Shown here one piece after another: positions 29,823 through 39,747 of a DNA stretch of 64,000 bases (position 1 is its first letter; each line of letters opens with the position of its first letter). Location of the stretch: the NCBI GenBank assembly GCA_029258795.1, contig JAPDKB010000007.1, positions 128,001 to 192,000 on the forward strand, written 5' to 3'. This stretch comes from an archaeon. Lineage in GTDB: Archaea; EX4484-52; WAPT01. The notes under the pieces were generated by a model. The model saw only the letters and a program-made list of their open reading frames with translations. It ran no database searches and was not told the origin of the DNA. A program made the translations under genes and the position numbers.

Positions 29823-30431
29823 ATGCTGGAAATTGAGGATAAGAAAGCGCTTTACGTCGTGCTTGAAGGTATGGATGCAAGCGGAAAAAGCACACAGGCA
29901 AAAATGCTTGCTGACTTTCTGTCCTCTCAGGGCTTCCGCGTGCTTCTTTTCGCTGAACCAACCGATAGCGTGGTGGGCCGCTTTCTGAAAGAAAAGATGC
30001 TGAAATCCGGGAAGTATTCTCCGGAAACGGTAGCCCTGTGCTTTGCTGCCGATCGGCTGATATTCAGGGATGAAAAGTTACTGGAAACGCTGAAAACTCA
30101 CGACGTTGTTATAAGCGACAGAAATTACTACTCATCCCTCGTTTATCAGAGCGTGATGGGGCTGGATTACCACTGGGTTAAGGAGATAAATAGATTTGCT
30201 GTCAAGCCAGACATTGCCTTCATCATAGACATAAGCGTTGATGAATACATGAGGAGAAAGGGAAACACCAAAATCATCTTTGAAAACGAGGAGTTTCAGA
30301 GAGAGGTCAGGGAGATGTACCTGAAGCTGCCGGAGCTTCTGATAAACGACAATATTGTGGTGCTGGACGGCAACAAAAGCGTGGAGGAGCTGCATGAGGA
30401 GATAAAGAAGAAGGTTGTGGCGATGCTTTGA
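29823..30431 (+). CDS. tmk: Thymidylate kinase
   Basis: EGMDASGKST, EPT, ADR, SDR.Y.SS.VYQ. Confidence 0.95.
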   Translation: MLEIEDKKALYVVLEGMDASGKSTQAKMLADFLSSQGFRVLLFAEPTDSVVGRFLKEKMLKSGKYSPETVALCFAADRLIFRDEKLLETLKTHDVVISDRNYYSSLVYQSVMGLDYHWVKEINRFAVKPDIAFIIDISVDEYMRRKGNTKIIFENEEFQREVREMYLKLPELLINDNIVVLDGNKSVEELHEEIKKKVVAML

Positions 30432-30517
30432 AAAGCGGAGTAGAAAAAGTCGTGTTTTGCAATCATTACAATTTAGAATCATTCCGGAGTGCAAAACTTT
30501 TATATACGATTTTAGTT

Positions 30518-31408
30518 ATGAAAATAGGTAACATGAAGAACGGATTTGTGCTGTTCATTTTCGTGCTTTTGCTGATTTCTTTTAGTTCACATCCGGTTTT
30601 ATGTGACTTGGGTCCAAAGCCTTCTGTGAATTTTTATGTAACTCTGAATGGAGAGGATATTCCCGACACGATATTTTATGCAAAGATACTGAGCTGTCAG
30701 ATATACAAAGAGATAATAATTGGTGGGAGAAAAATCGTACAAGCCAGTGACACCACACCGAAAGACTTAATCCCACAACTAAACGTCAGTATATACGATC
30801 CTGAGAAAAACTGCTCCTGGAAACCGTCCGGATTGGCATGGGGTGGTAAGTGTCGAAATGGAAAGTGTCATTTCAACTATATGATTCCTTCGAGGTTCAG
30901 ACTTGCAGTATATCTGCCAAGCGAGGATAAGGTGTACATTTCCGATGAAATCAAGAGAAGAAACTTCAGAAGTACATTCAAAGCCGATTTGCTTCCTAAC
31001 GGCAGTATAACTGTAAAGGAGATCACTCCATTTTTTCAGCGTGATTCAGTCAAGGAAGCGATGATGTTTCTCTTTGCGTTAGTTATAACATTGGTGCTGG
31101 AACTATTCATTGCTTTGTTGTATGTCGTATATACTAGAACTACTAGAAAGATTTTGGGATCTGTATTTATCGCTAATATAATTTCACTTCCTGTAGTCTG
31201 GTTGATCATCACTTCATCTGAAAAAGGTTTATTTATAATAATAGGAGAAGTCTTTGCGGTTGTCTTTGAAAGTTTCTTTATTTATTTTTTGAATAAAGAG
31301 ATACTCACATTAAGGAAAGCGTTTTTATTGAGCATGTTGATGAATCTAACAAGCTTTATTGTAGGGAATTCCATCCTTATGCATACGATCTTCATATTCT
31401 ATTCCTAG
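30518..31408 (+). CDS. Hypothetical membrane protein (signal peptide, DLGPKPS motif, 4 C-terminal TMs)
   Basis: AT-rich ORF; Cys-containing extracellular domain; T..LE...N..S and E...E...N..S TM motifs. Confidence 0.7.
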   Translation: MKIGNMKNGFVLFIFVLLLISFSSHPVLCDLGPKPSVNFYVTLNGEDIPDTIFYAKILSCQIYKEIIIGGRKIVQASDTTPKDLIPQLNVSIYDPEKNCSWKPSGLAWGGKCRNGKCHFNYMIPSRFRLAVYLPSEDKVYISDEIKRRNFRSTFKADLLPNGSITVKEITPFFQRDSVKEAMMFLFALVITLVLELFIALLYVVYTRTTRKILGSVFIANIISLPVVWLIITSSEKGLFIIIGEVFAVVFESFFIYFLNKEILTLRKAFLLSMLMNLTSFIVGNSILMHTIFIFYS

Positions 31409-31490
31409 ACTTGCTCTCCAACGTTTTATGATCGAATTCGTTATCTCCACCCAGCAAACAATTAAAACTTTCGTCCCTTTTTTTCTCTCC

Positions 31491-32444
31491 ATGAACGAGA
31501 AAGGGCTTGCCGAGAAACTAGAGCTCTTCAAGAAAACGCTCAGAAGACAGCATTACGGTATCGTGGGGAATCATTCAGCAGTGAAGGTCTGCGAGTGGAC
31601 GAAAAAGAGCATAAAGAACGAAGGAGTGTGTTACAAGGAGAAGTTCTACTACAGGCATTACGGAATACAGAGCCACACATGCCTGCAGATGAGTCCCGCT
31701 GCCTTTTTCTGCCCGAATCGCTGTATTTACTGCTGGCGCGCCATAGAGCAGACGGTAAGCCAGGATATGAAGGATTTTCCTTATCTTGATGAACCTTCCA
31801 CCATAATCGATGGTTGTATAGAAGCACACAGGAAACTGCTTTCCGGCCTGAAGGGGTATGAGGGCACGGACATGAAGAAATGGGAGGAAGCGCAGAATCC
31901 GAAAAATGCTGCCATCAGTTTGATAGGCGAGCCCACAGCATATCCCCTCATATCCGAGCTGATAAAGGAATTTCGCAGGCGCGGATTCACAACCTTCCTC
32001 GTTACCAACGGCCAGTTTCCGGAACGGCTGGAAGGGCTGGAAGAGAAGCCCACGCAGCTCTACCTCTCGCTCGATGCTCCAAATCCAGAGATTTACAAGA
32101 AGGTGGATTGCCCGACCTTTCCGGATTTCTGGGAGCGATTGATGAGAACTGTGGAGTTTCTGTCGGGTTATGAGGGTAGGAAGTGTGTGAGGCTGACCAT
32201 GATAAAAGGATACAACACCTCAAACTGGGAGGAGTATGCAAAGCTGATAGAAAAAATAAATCCGCACTTTGTGGAAGTCAAAGCGTACATGTACCTCGGC
32301 TTCTCGCGCTACCGGCTGAAGGAGGAGAACATGCCGTACCACCACGATATAATAGAGTACGCGTCAAAGCTCAACGAATACCTGAACTACAGGTGGGCCG
32401 GAGAGGATGAGAGGAGCAGGGTTGTGTTGTTGAGCAGGGTGTGA
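31491..32444 (+). CDS. taw1: 4-demethylwyosine synthase Taw1/TYW1
   Basis: HSAVK.C.WTK, CYKEKFY, CPNRCIYCWR, SLIGEP, EVKAYM. Confidence 0.96.
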   Translation: MNEKGLAEKLELFKKTLRRQHYGIVGNHSAVKVCEWTKKSIKNEGVCYKEKFYYRHYGIQSHTCLQMSPAAFFCPNRCIYCWRAIEQTVSQDMKDFPYLDEPSTIIDGCIEAHRKLLSGLKGYEGTDMKKWEEAQNPKNAAISLIGEPTAYPLISELIKEFRRRGFTTFLVTNGQFPERLEGLEEKPTQLYLSLDAPNPEIYKKVDCPTFPDFWERLMRTVEFLSGYEGRKCVRLTMIKGYNTSNWEEYAKLIEKINPHFVEVKAYMYLGFSRYRLKEENMPYHHDIIEYASKLNEYLNYRWAGEDERSRVVLLSRV

Positions 32445-32462
32445 AGTTAGAGTTTAGCTTCA

Positions 32463-32507
32463 ATTTATGTAACAAACATTAGTTTTTTTAAAACTTGTTA
32501 CATAAAT
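32463..32507. promoter_or_regulatory. Perfect 13-bp inverted-repeat operator around the TATA of the AbiE operon
   Basis: ATTTATGTAACAA (32463-32475) ... TTGTTACATAAAT (32495-32507). Confidence 0.75.
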
Positions 32508-32514
32508 AACAAGC

Positions 32515-33144
32515 ATGAAAAAATTCACGAAATACGTACTCTCCGTATTTGGAGGAAGGGTTGTTACAAGGGAAGAAATGGAAAAGGCATGCAAAAGATT
32601 CGGAGAAGATGCACGCAGGGCTATAAACTTCATGATATCCTACGGTTATCTGATAAGAATTCTCCGCGGACTCTACTACGTCAGAACCATTGAGGAATTC
32701 AGCACGCGGAAAAGCATCGACACACTGAAACTAATCTCAATGGGAATGAAAAAGCTTGGAGTGAACTGGTACTTCGGATTGAACACGGCCTTGAGGTTGA
32801 ACGGAGCCACGCACGAGTTCTTCCCCGTGATCCACGTGCTGAGCGATTCTATCTACAGACCCAAGATCGTGAAGATTAACGGAGAGGATGTTAAGTTCAT
32901 AAAGCTGAAGAAAGAGCTCTTCGGTTTCGGGGTTGTTGAGAAGGATGGAGTGAGGTATTCGGATATGGAAAAGACCTTGCTTGATATGGTTTATCTTTCG
33001 AGATACCGATCAGTACCTGAGGAGAGGATAATTGCACTCCTGAAAGAGTACAGAAAAGAAGTGAAAAGGAAAAAGCTCGCGGAGTACCTTCGCCTCTATC
33101 CGAAGAGCGTGAGGAGAGTAGTTGAAAATGCCGGACTTGTCTGA
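32515..33144 (+). CDS. abiEi: Type IV TA antitoxin, AbiEi-like
   Basis: RI.RGLY, YFGL.TAL, YSD.EKTLLD. Confidence 0.85.
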   Translation: MKKFTKYVLSVFGGRVVTREEMEKACKRFGEDARRAINFMISYGYLIRILRGLYYVRTIEEFSTRKSIDTLKLISMGMKKLGVNWYFGLNTALRLNGATHEFFPVIHVLSDSIYRPKIVKINGEDVKFIKLKKELFGFGVVEKDGVRYSDMEKTLLDMVYLSRYRSVPEERIIALLKEYRKEVKRKKLAEYLRLYPKSVRRVVENAGLV

Positions 33145-34039
33145 GTTCGTTGCCTTCGTGGCGGAGAAATCGGGGATTCGAAAACCTTCGCTGATTGAGA
33201 GGGACGTGATTATACACGGAATACTTAAAGAACTCAATTCAGCATTCGGCGATGCGTATCTCTTCAAGGGCGGAAGCTGTCTGGTGAAGTGCTACTTTGG
33301 CTATTACCGCTTCAGCGTTGATCTTGACTTCACGTGGAGGAGACAGGAGACATGGAAGAATCTGGGAAAGAAGGATCTGAGAAGGAAGCTTGTGGAGCAG
33401 GCTGAAAGATTCGGCTCGATTCTTGAAGGAATCGCACATGGCATGGAACTTGACTTCAGATGTGATTTGAAGAACAGAAATTATACGGAGTTCGGGAGCG
33501 GGAGCAGAATGGCTACTTTCAAACTCTGGAGGGGGAGCGAGATGGTCAAGATTCAGGTTAATTTTGTTGAGAAACTTCTCTTCCCTCCCGAGAATGCTGT
33601 TGCGAAAACTCTTCTCACAGGCAGAGAGATCGGCGATGAGGATAAAGCTTACTTCCGTGAATTTCTGGAATTCTACCAGCCTGTGAAAGTTTCTGCTTAC
33701 AGTATTGAGGAGATTCTGTGTGAGAAGATGCGTGCAATTCTAACGAGGCAGGCGATGAAGCTGAGAGATATATATGACGTGTTCATGATCTGGAAAGCCG
33801 GAGTGAGGATTGAGGAGCTGAAGGATGCGATTCTGGAAAAAATAAGGTTCGCGATGAGATTCAAAAAGTACAGGGATGCTCTTAAAGCCAGCATGGAGAC
33901 TCTCAACCTTGAAAGCATTCTCGAAGACCCTGCTGAGATGGAAATGTTTGTGGTGAAACCAACGGAAGAATTCTATTCCTTTGCAGGTGAGCTGGAGAGC
34001 TTCCTGAAAGAGGTTGCGCGTGAAGTTTCAACAAAGTGA
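33128..34039 (+). CDS. abiEii: Type IV TA toxin, AbiEii nucleotidyltransferase
   Basis: LFKGGS.L, RFSVDLDF, EK..A, RDIYD. Confidence 0.92.
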   Translation: MPDLSEFVAFVAEKSGIRKPSLIERDVIIHGILKELNSAFGDAYLFKGGSCLVKCYFGYYRFSVDLDFTWRRQETWKNLGKKDLRRKLVEQAERFGSILEGIAHGMELDFRCDLKNRNYTEFGSGSRMATFKLWRGSEMVKIQVNFVEKLLFPPENAVAKTLLTGREIGDEDKAYFREFLEFYQPVKVSAYSIEEILCEKMRAILTRQAMKLRDIYDVFMIWKAGVRIEELKDAILEKIRFAMRFKKYRDALKASMETLNLESILEDPAEMEMFVVKPTEEFYSFAGELESFLKEVAREVSTK

Positions 34040-34092
34040 AGTGAAAAATCCGGTGGGCCGGAGAGGATGGGAGGAGCAGGGTTGTTCTCCTC

Positions 34093-34623
34093 TCAAGAAT
34101 TTAATTTAACAACCTTCTTTCCTTTTTTCTGCGGCACCACTTTGATCTTCGCGCCCTCGAAATCTTCCTTCAGTTTTCTGTCCATGAGCTCATACAGAAA
34201 GATGGCCAGAGCTCCCACTTCGCTGTGTGGCTGGTTGCCGATTGCAAGGTTGTAATCCGCCATTCCATAAATCCCGGCAGGAACTTTCTCGCTTCCTACT
34301 ATAACGCAGATGTCCCTGCTCTTAAACTTTCCCCTTATCTCCTTCATCCTTTCTTGGAACGGCACTCCATACATAGTAAGGTGAACCTTAATCCCATCAA
34401 ACTTCTCAAGCCACTTTTTCCAGTTCCTCTCATAGCTTATGAAGAAGGGCCCGCCCCACCTTTCAACAACATCCTCAACGCTTTTTTCCATCTTCTCGTC
34501 TTTCTCGCCAGAATAAACCACACCACTCGCCCCTAAAGCCCTTGCAACAAGAGCAACATGCGTGCTTATCCTTTTATCCCTCTCCTTTCTATGTCCCAGC
34601 CTTAAAACAAAAACCCGTGCCAT
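34093..34623 (-). CDS. trm56: tRNA C56 2'-O-methyltransferase
   Basis: [35 protein letters not shown]. Confidence 0.96.
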   Translation of the reverse strand: MARVFVLRLGHRKERDKRISTHVALVARALGASGVVYSGEKDEKMEKSVEDVVERWGGPFFISYERNWKKWLEKFDGIKVHLTMYGVPFQERMKEIRGKFKSRDICVIVGSEKVPAGIYGMADYNLAIGNQPHSEVGALAIFLYELMDRKLKEDFEGAKIKVVPQKKGKKVVKLNS

Positions 34624-34629
34624 AATCCA

Positions 34630-35460
34630 TCAGCTTCTTATGACCGTGCCCAGCCCTACCTCTCCAAGCAGCGCGCGCCTCACATACCCTTCCCTGTTGC
34701 CGTTTATTATCTCGGCAACGATCCCTTCCAGCTCCATGAGTTCTTCGATCTTCCTGACCATGCCTCCAGTGACATCAAAATAGGAGGAGCCACCAAGCAC
34801 TTCAAGCACCTGTTTTAGGTTGTCGCGTGTTATCTCCTTTATGAGCTTTGCGTCCTTGCTCTTCTTCGGGTCTTTATCGTAGATACCATCAACATCACTT
34901 ACATGCACCAGCCTGTCTGGCTCGAGATGTTTTGCCAGATGCCTCATTATCTCATCTCCAGATAGTATGCCCCCTCCAAGTTTTTTATCGTAAGCTGGCA
35001 CGCCGTAAAGCACGGGAACAAGCCCCACGTGAAGCATACCCTCTATCGCTTTAACATCCATGTGCACGAGCTTCTCGTTTTCCAGCACGGCTGAAGCAGA
35101 GGCCTGCACGGGCACGGCAGGAACATGATAGTTCTGGAGCTCGGCACACACCTTAGCATTAAGCTCGTTCTGTAAGCGCTGAATCTCTGCAAATCCGAGC
35201 AACCTTCTTTCATACTCGTTCTCCTTCAGGATTTTATAAAGAGTGGCAAGCACATGACCGTAGCTTCCAGCACCATGAATCAGAATGAGTGCAAGGTCCT
35301 TCCTTTCACTCCATGCCTCACCTATCTCCTTGGCAAGTCTTTTCAGATTATCTTTGTTCAGAGTGGGCATCCACCTGTTCTTGTAGGTTATGATCGAGCC
35401 TCCAAGCTTCATGATGATGAACTCGTTAACCTCATGACCGTTAAGCCTGTGAAACCTCAT
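34630..35460 (-). CDS. ipk: Isopentenyl phosphate kinase
   Basis: KLGGSIIT.K, HGAGSYGH, SGD, DVTGGM; located in the MVA cluster. Confidence 0.9.
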   Translation of the reverse strand: MRFHRLNGHEVNEFIIMKLGGSIITYKNRWMPTLNKDNLKRLAKEIGEAWSERKDLALILIHGAGSYGHVLATLYKILKENEYERRLLGFAEIQRLQNELNAKVCAELQNYHVPAVPVQASASAVLENEKLVHMDVKAIEGMLHVGLVPVLYGVPAYDKKLGGGILSGDEIMRHLAKHLEPDRLVHVSDVDGIYDKDPKKSKDAKLIKEITRDNLKQVLEVLGGSSYFDVTGGMVRKIEELMELEGIVAEIINGNREGYVRRALLGEVGLGTVIRS

Positions 35461-36038
35461 CAGCACCACCTCTCGTATTCATAATCAACTCCAAGCAGAT
35501 CCATCACCTTTCCAACCAAATTTCTGATCATGACCCCAACATCTACCCTCCCATCTCTCTTTCCGTAAAAGCTCATCACCAGCGGCAGGATTATAGCACC
35601 TTCCTCGGCAAGCATGAGCATGTTGCGGAGATGTGCAGCTCTTAGCGGCGTTTCCCTCACGCACAATACCAGCTTCCTTTTTTCCTTCAGCGTGACGCTT
35701 GCTGCCCTTGCAAGCAGGTTAACCTCAAGCCCCGTCGCTATGGATGCAAGCGTCTTCATGCTGCACGGAACAACAACCATCCCGTCATGCTTGAATGTGC
35801 CCGACGCCACTGGGGCTTGCAACTCCTGCTCATCATAAACCCTGCATGCAAGCGATTTCAGCTCTTTGGCAAAGTTTTTTTCATCCATGCCAAGCTCGTG
35901 CTGAGCAACCCGGAAAGCTCCGCCTGTCGGAATGGCATGCACTTCCACACTGCATTTCTTCAGAGCTTTCAGCAGTTCAAGCGCTACGGGCAATCCTGAA
36001 GCACCGCTTATCCCGACAACGATCCTTTTCTCAGTCAT
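35460..36038 (-). CDS. ubiX: UbiX flavin prenyltransferase
   Basis: GISGASG, ASG, PCSMKTLA, RAA.V.LKE, RETP. Confidence 0.95.
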   Translation of the reverse strand: MTEKRIVVGISGASGLPVALELLKALKKCSVEVHAIPTGGAFRVAQHELGMDEKNFAKELKSLACRVYDEQELQAPVASGTFKHDGMVVVPCSMKTLASIATGLEVNLLARAASVTLKEKRKLVLCVRETPLRAAHLRNMLMLAEEGAIILPLVMSFYGKRDGRVDVGVMIRNLVGKVMDLLGVDYEYERWC

Positions 36039-36298
36039 ACTTCAGACCCTTGTGTTGTAAGGTATTTCCTCTCAAATTCTCTGTACATCGCATCTATGCT
36101 ATCTTTCCTCTCTATTCCGAGCATCTCTAGCACATTCACCAAGCTCTCACGAACATCACTAACTCCTGCGTCCAAACCAGCATGCCCGACACCGCTCTTC
36201 CTCCCCTTCACCAATCGATACAACTCCCTAACCTCTTCTACCACATACTTGCTAACCTTAACTCCATTCCATCCGTACTGGTGGTGCACTATGCACAT
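36035..36298 (-). CDS. Small uncharacterised protein inside the MVA operon
   Basis: GGAGGTG RBS before ATG 36298; ATGA overlap with ubiX. Confidence 0.65.
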   Translation of the reverse strand: MCIVHHQYGWNGVKVSKYVVEEVRELYRLVKGRKSGVGHAGLDAGVSDVRESLVNVLEMLGIERKDSIDAMYREFERKYLTTQGSEV

Positions 36299-36337
36299 TT
36301 CCCCCACCTCCCGAAACAACATCAGCATGCGCTACAA

Positions 36338-36754
36338 CTATTCAATCACTTCCACTATGCCTTTCGTGGCATCAACTCTCACACGCTTAGCATCCTTCAG
36401 CTCCTCAATCTTTATGCCGTCCACACAGGGAATGTCAGCGAGTATGCAACCCGTGGCCACTATTGTTTCAGTTTCCTCGTTTATTATTGCAAGGGGTGCA
36501 ACCCCATTCTTTTTTAGCCCGTAAATGACGTAAGAGCCAACAGTGCTCCCCTTTCCGTGAGGAAAAACCAGTATTTTGTTTGCCATGCTCTTTCCATACA
36601 ACTCATGATCCTTCTCCACCACAGTACCGCTGTTCAAATCCACGCTTCCAAAAAAGCTTATGGGCATGCTTGTGTAAAGAACCTCGCCTTCCGCCTTACC
36701 CTCCATAACGGGATTGCCCTTGAGAACCTTTTTGGCTGTTTTTTCATCAGTCAT
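36338..36754 (-). CDS. Phosphomevalonate dehydratase small subunit (AcnX swivel, DUF126)
   Basis: ISFFG.VD..SG, H.L.G, GKGSTVGSY. Confidence 0.92.
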   Translation of the reverse strand: MTDEKTAKKVLKGNPVMEGKAEGEVLYTSMPISFFGSVDLNSGTVVEKDHELYGKSMANKILVFPHGKGSTVGSYVIYGLKKNGVAPLAIINEETETIVATGCILADIPCVDGIKIEELKDAKRVRVDATKGIVEVIE

Positions 36755-36763
36755 ATATCCACC

Positions 36764-37963
36764 TCATTCAGCAAACTTATCGATGATTCTGGAAATATCA
36801 TCGAAAAGCACCATCTGTTTGTTCGTGTTTGGCAAATAGAATGCTGCCTTGCCCGAATTAACGGCCACCTTCTTTATACCAAGCACGTCCAGGGGGGCAA
36901 CAACAGGGCATGTATCCTCTATGAGCTTTGCTCCTGCTTTTTCCAGCTCTTCACTAATGCCCGCTCGTTTTGCAATGCTCTTTACGGCCTGGGAAGTGAA
37001 TATCCACATCGGCACTTTCAGCTTCTTTCCTTTGAGAAGCTCACAAATCTCCCTGATCTCGTTGATGGATGCATGAGGACATCCTACGGCTATCAGCTCC
37101 ACATCCTCAAGCTCAGACGACATGGCTTCGTATGCTTCCTTCAACTCTTTTTCACCCACGTCAATCGTCTCCTCCACATTTTCAACATCCACACATCCTT
37201 TTCTCGCTTCAGGCGTTATCCCCTCAACATGAAAGAGCGCAACAGCCCCGTAAGCGGCAAGAGAAGCCCCCAAACTTTTGAGCTCGTCTATGCCTGCATG
37301 CTTTATGCCAGTGAAATATGGTACGCCCTTACCTTTGGCTTTACCCACCACACAGCCCAGCGCCCCATAATCCGAAATGCTTTTCAGTTCAGCATCCACC
37401 CTCACCACGAAATTCGGGTTTCTGTTTTCATCCAGATGGAAGCCATAATAAGGAGTCCTGCCTGTGATGGCTGCTGCAAGGGCTGACGGTCCTCCCTCTC
37501 TGTTGGTTCTCGCCCCAACAACGGAATTGGAAAATGCGACTGCAGAACTCTCGCTCCATGCTATGTGCTCACGAAATCTCGGAAGCATTCCCGCCAGATA
37601 TGGTGTGCAGGTGCTCGCCACAATAACGCCCATCTTCCTGAAAGCTTCAATAACCCTCTTCTGTTTTTCAGCAAAATCGGAAGGTATACCTATCTCTTCC
37701 CATCCTTCCATAGGCATGCCCGCGGGATTCATGAAGGATGTAACTTTAACTTTCGCGCCCTCGTTTGCAAATCCTTCAAGAAACTCAAGGCCGGGATCTC
37801 CTATGTTTTTGTAGGACACGCCTGCTATCTGCACAGATCTTACCTCAACCATCCTCTCTGCTCCGAACTTCTCCCCCAGTTTCACGAGCAGCTTCATGCA
37901 TCTTGCAACCACATTCCCATATTCTCCTTCAAGCATTCTCTCCTCTTCCTTGGTCAGATACAT
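36764..37963 (-). CDS. Phosphomevalonate dehydratase large subunit (AcnX, DUF521)
   Basis: MYLTKEEE, GVSYKNIG, TCTPY, WSESSA, RTNREG, GCPH, DTC, NSGK. Confidence 0.94.
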   Translation of the reverse strand: MYLTKEEERMLEGEYGNVVARCMKLLVKLGEKFGAERMVEVRSVQIAGVSYKNIGDPGLEFLEGFANEGAKVKVTSFMNPAGMPMEGWEEIGIPSDFAEKQKRVIEAFRKMGVIVASTCTPYLAGMLPRFREHIAWSESSAVAFSNSVVGARTNREGGPSALAAAITGRTPYYGFHLDENRNPNFVVRVDAELKSISDYGALGCVVGKAKGKGVPYFTGIKHAGIDELKSLGASLAAYGAVALFHVEGITPEARKGCVDVENVEETIDVGEKELKEAYEAMSSELEDVELIAVGCPHASINEIREICELLKGKKLKVPMWIFTSQAVKSIAKRAGISEELEKAGAKLIEDTCPVVAPLDVLGIKKVAVNSGKAAFYLPNTNKQMVLFDDISRIIDKFAE

Positions 37964-37979
37964 GACAACCCACCACTCT

Positions 37980-38357
37980 TTATTTGTGCTCTCCCGCTTC
38001 TATCGCTTTAACCGTAGCAAGCAAAAGCTTGTCAGCGTTCTCAACCATGAGTTTGATTTCCTCTTCAGTCGCATCCTCAAGATGGATTCCACCCACACAC
38101 AACACAGGGGTGTTGAAGTGCTTTGCAAGCTCCTCAGCGAACTTTCTCACCACAACGTCATCCTTGTGTCCGGGCATGGTGTAAACGCACGAGGGAGTAG
38201 CTCTTATTTTACCATCGCCCTTATCGTAAGGTACGGCTATGCACACGCTCCCTATGTGCGGCTTATCTCCACCACCCACCAGCAGGATTAGGTCATCACC
38301 TACCGCACATATCTCCGCCCATACCTGATGTCTTCCCTCTCCCACACTTATTCTCAC
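37980..38357 (-). CDS. lpdD: LpdD-like prenylated-flavin chaperone
   Basis: G.D....GG..PHIG...GHKD...GIH...AT.EEI motifs; lies directly after ubiD. Confidence 0.75.
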   Translation of the reverse strand: MRISVGEGRHQVWAEICAVGDDLILLVGGGDKPHIGSVCIAVPYDKGDGKIRATPSCVYTMPGHKDDVVVRKFAEELAKHFNTPVLCVGGIHLEDATEEEIKLMVENADKLLLATVKAIEAGEHK

Positions 38358-38384
38358 TTTGTCTCACCTCTTTCATGATTTTTA

Positions 38385-39671
38385 TCATGCTTTATCCTTG
38401 GATGTGACCTTCCTGAAGTTCTTCTCCTTACCCACGGGCATTGTGGCATCGATTATCCATTTGGTCGTTGTTTTCTTTTCATGGTTCTGGGAAGGGTCTA
38501 GGGAAGAGCCCTTACATTCGGGGATTATCACAACATCTTTATCTGCCTGCACCCTCGTCGCTATCGCCCACTCAACCTCTCGCTCATTCGTTATGTCTAT
38601 GTCGTCATCAACAACCACAACCCTCTTTAGGGATGGGTGTGCTGCCAGCGCTGCAAGCCCGACATTCTTGCCCTCTCCCTCAACCTTCTTTGTTATGGAC
38701 ACAACTGCATGAAGCCAGCAACCACCACCTTCCGTGAGCACCACGTTTTTAACTCGGGGCAGCGTGTTGGACACAATCTTAAATATGCGCGGCTCTTGCG
38801 GAATGCCCATCAGATAGCGGTGCTCCACTCCACCCGGCAGTATCGTGCGGTAGATGAAGTCATTTCTGTAGTACAGCTTCTCTATCTCCACCACCGGCTG
38901 CTTCCTTACTATATCCCAGGTGCCGGTGAGGTCAACAAACGGGCCTTCATCTGCAAGCTCGCTCTTTCGGACCACACCAACCATCACGATCTCTGCATGA
39001 GATGGTACGTGCAGCCCATCGAGATCAACGCAGCTCAACTTTCCATCGAGCAGCGAGTTGGCAAACTCCATCTCGTTGAAGCCGAAGACAAATGATGTAG
39101 CGGCAGCCACCTCAACTGCAGGATGCACTCCCATAAAAATTGCAATTCTGACATCACTCTTTGCTCTTTCAAGGATGGTGGAGAAGTGCCTTCCCGGTAT
39201 AATACGCATAACGAATCTGTTTTTACCAAGGTATTTCATGCGATGAAAGGAGTAGTTGAGCTTTCCAGTTTCCTCATCTCTAGCCACCACAATGCTGGAA
39301 GAGGTGTAGTGGGAGCCATCCCCCTCATAAAACTTGAGCAGAGGGATGTGCTTTATTATGTCTGGATTGTCCATCTCGTTCTCCATGAAGGGTGCTTTTT
39401 CCACCATTTTGTAGGGCTCGGGAGAATCCATACATTGCGTCATCCTTGCAATGATCTCGTTCCTGTTTTTGGCTCCTATGGCTTTGGCTATCACATCTCT
39501 GGAATTGAGGAGAGATGCAAGCACTGTGTTGTTGTAGTTCTTTGGTGAGGTGAAAAGCACCGCTTTTCCCTCTCGCTCCCCTTTCTCAATAAACGGAGTC
39601 ATCTCAAGCTCAGCAGATAAGTTGTCTTTAACCTCAACAATCTCTATTTCTTTCAGAAACTCTCGTAGCAT
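38385..39671 (-). CDS. ubiD: UbiD-family decarboxylase (anhydromevalonate phosphate decarboxylase)
   Basis: N.S.HR, EGPF.D..G, VVVVDDDID, WAIATR, GSSLDPS, IDAT. Confidence 0.92.
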   Translation of the reverse strand: MLREFLKEIEIVEVKDNLSAELEMTPFIEKGEREGKAVLFTSPKNYNNTVLASLLNSRDVIAKAIGAKNRNEIIARMTQCMDSPEPYKMVEKAPFMENEMDNPDIIKHIPLLKFYEGDGSHYTSSSIVVARDEETGKLNYSFHRMKYLGKNRFVMRIIPGRHFSTILERAKSDVRIAIFMGVHPAVEVAAATSFVFGFNEMEFANSLLDGKLSCVDLDGLHVPSHAEIVMVGVVRKSELADEGPFVDLTGTWDIVRKQPVVEIEKLYYRNDFIYRTILPGGVEHRYLMGIPQEPRIFKIVSNTLPRVKNVVLTEGGGCWLHAVVSITKKVEGEGKNVGLAALAAHPSLKRVVVVDDDIDITNEREVEWAIATRVQADKDVVIIPECKGSSLDPSQNHEKKTTTKWIIDATMPVGKEKNFRKVTSKDKA

Positions 39672-39747
39672 CCTATCACGCTCCTTTTTCGGAAGTTTTT
39701 AATTGAAAGTTTTAAAGTGTATGGTCTTTGCGCATTCCCTCATCGTT

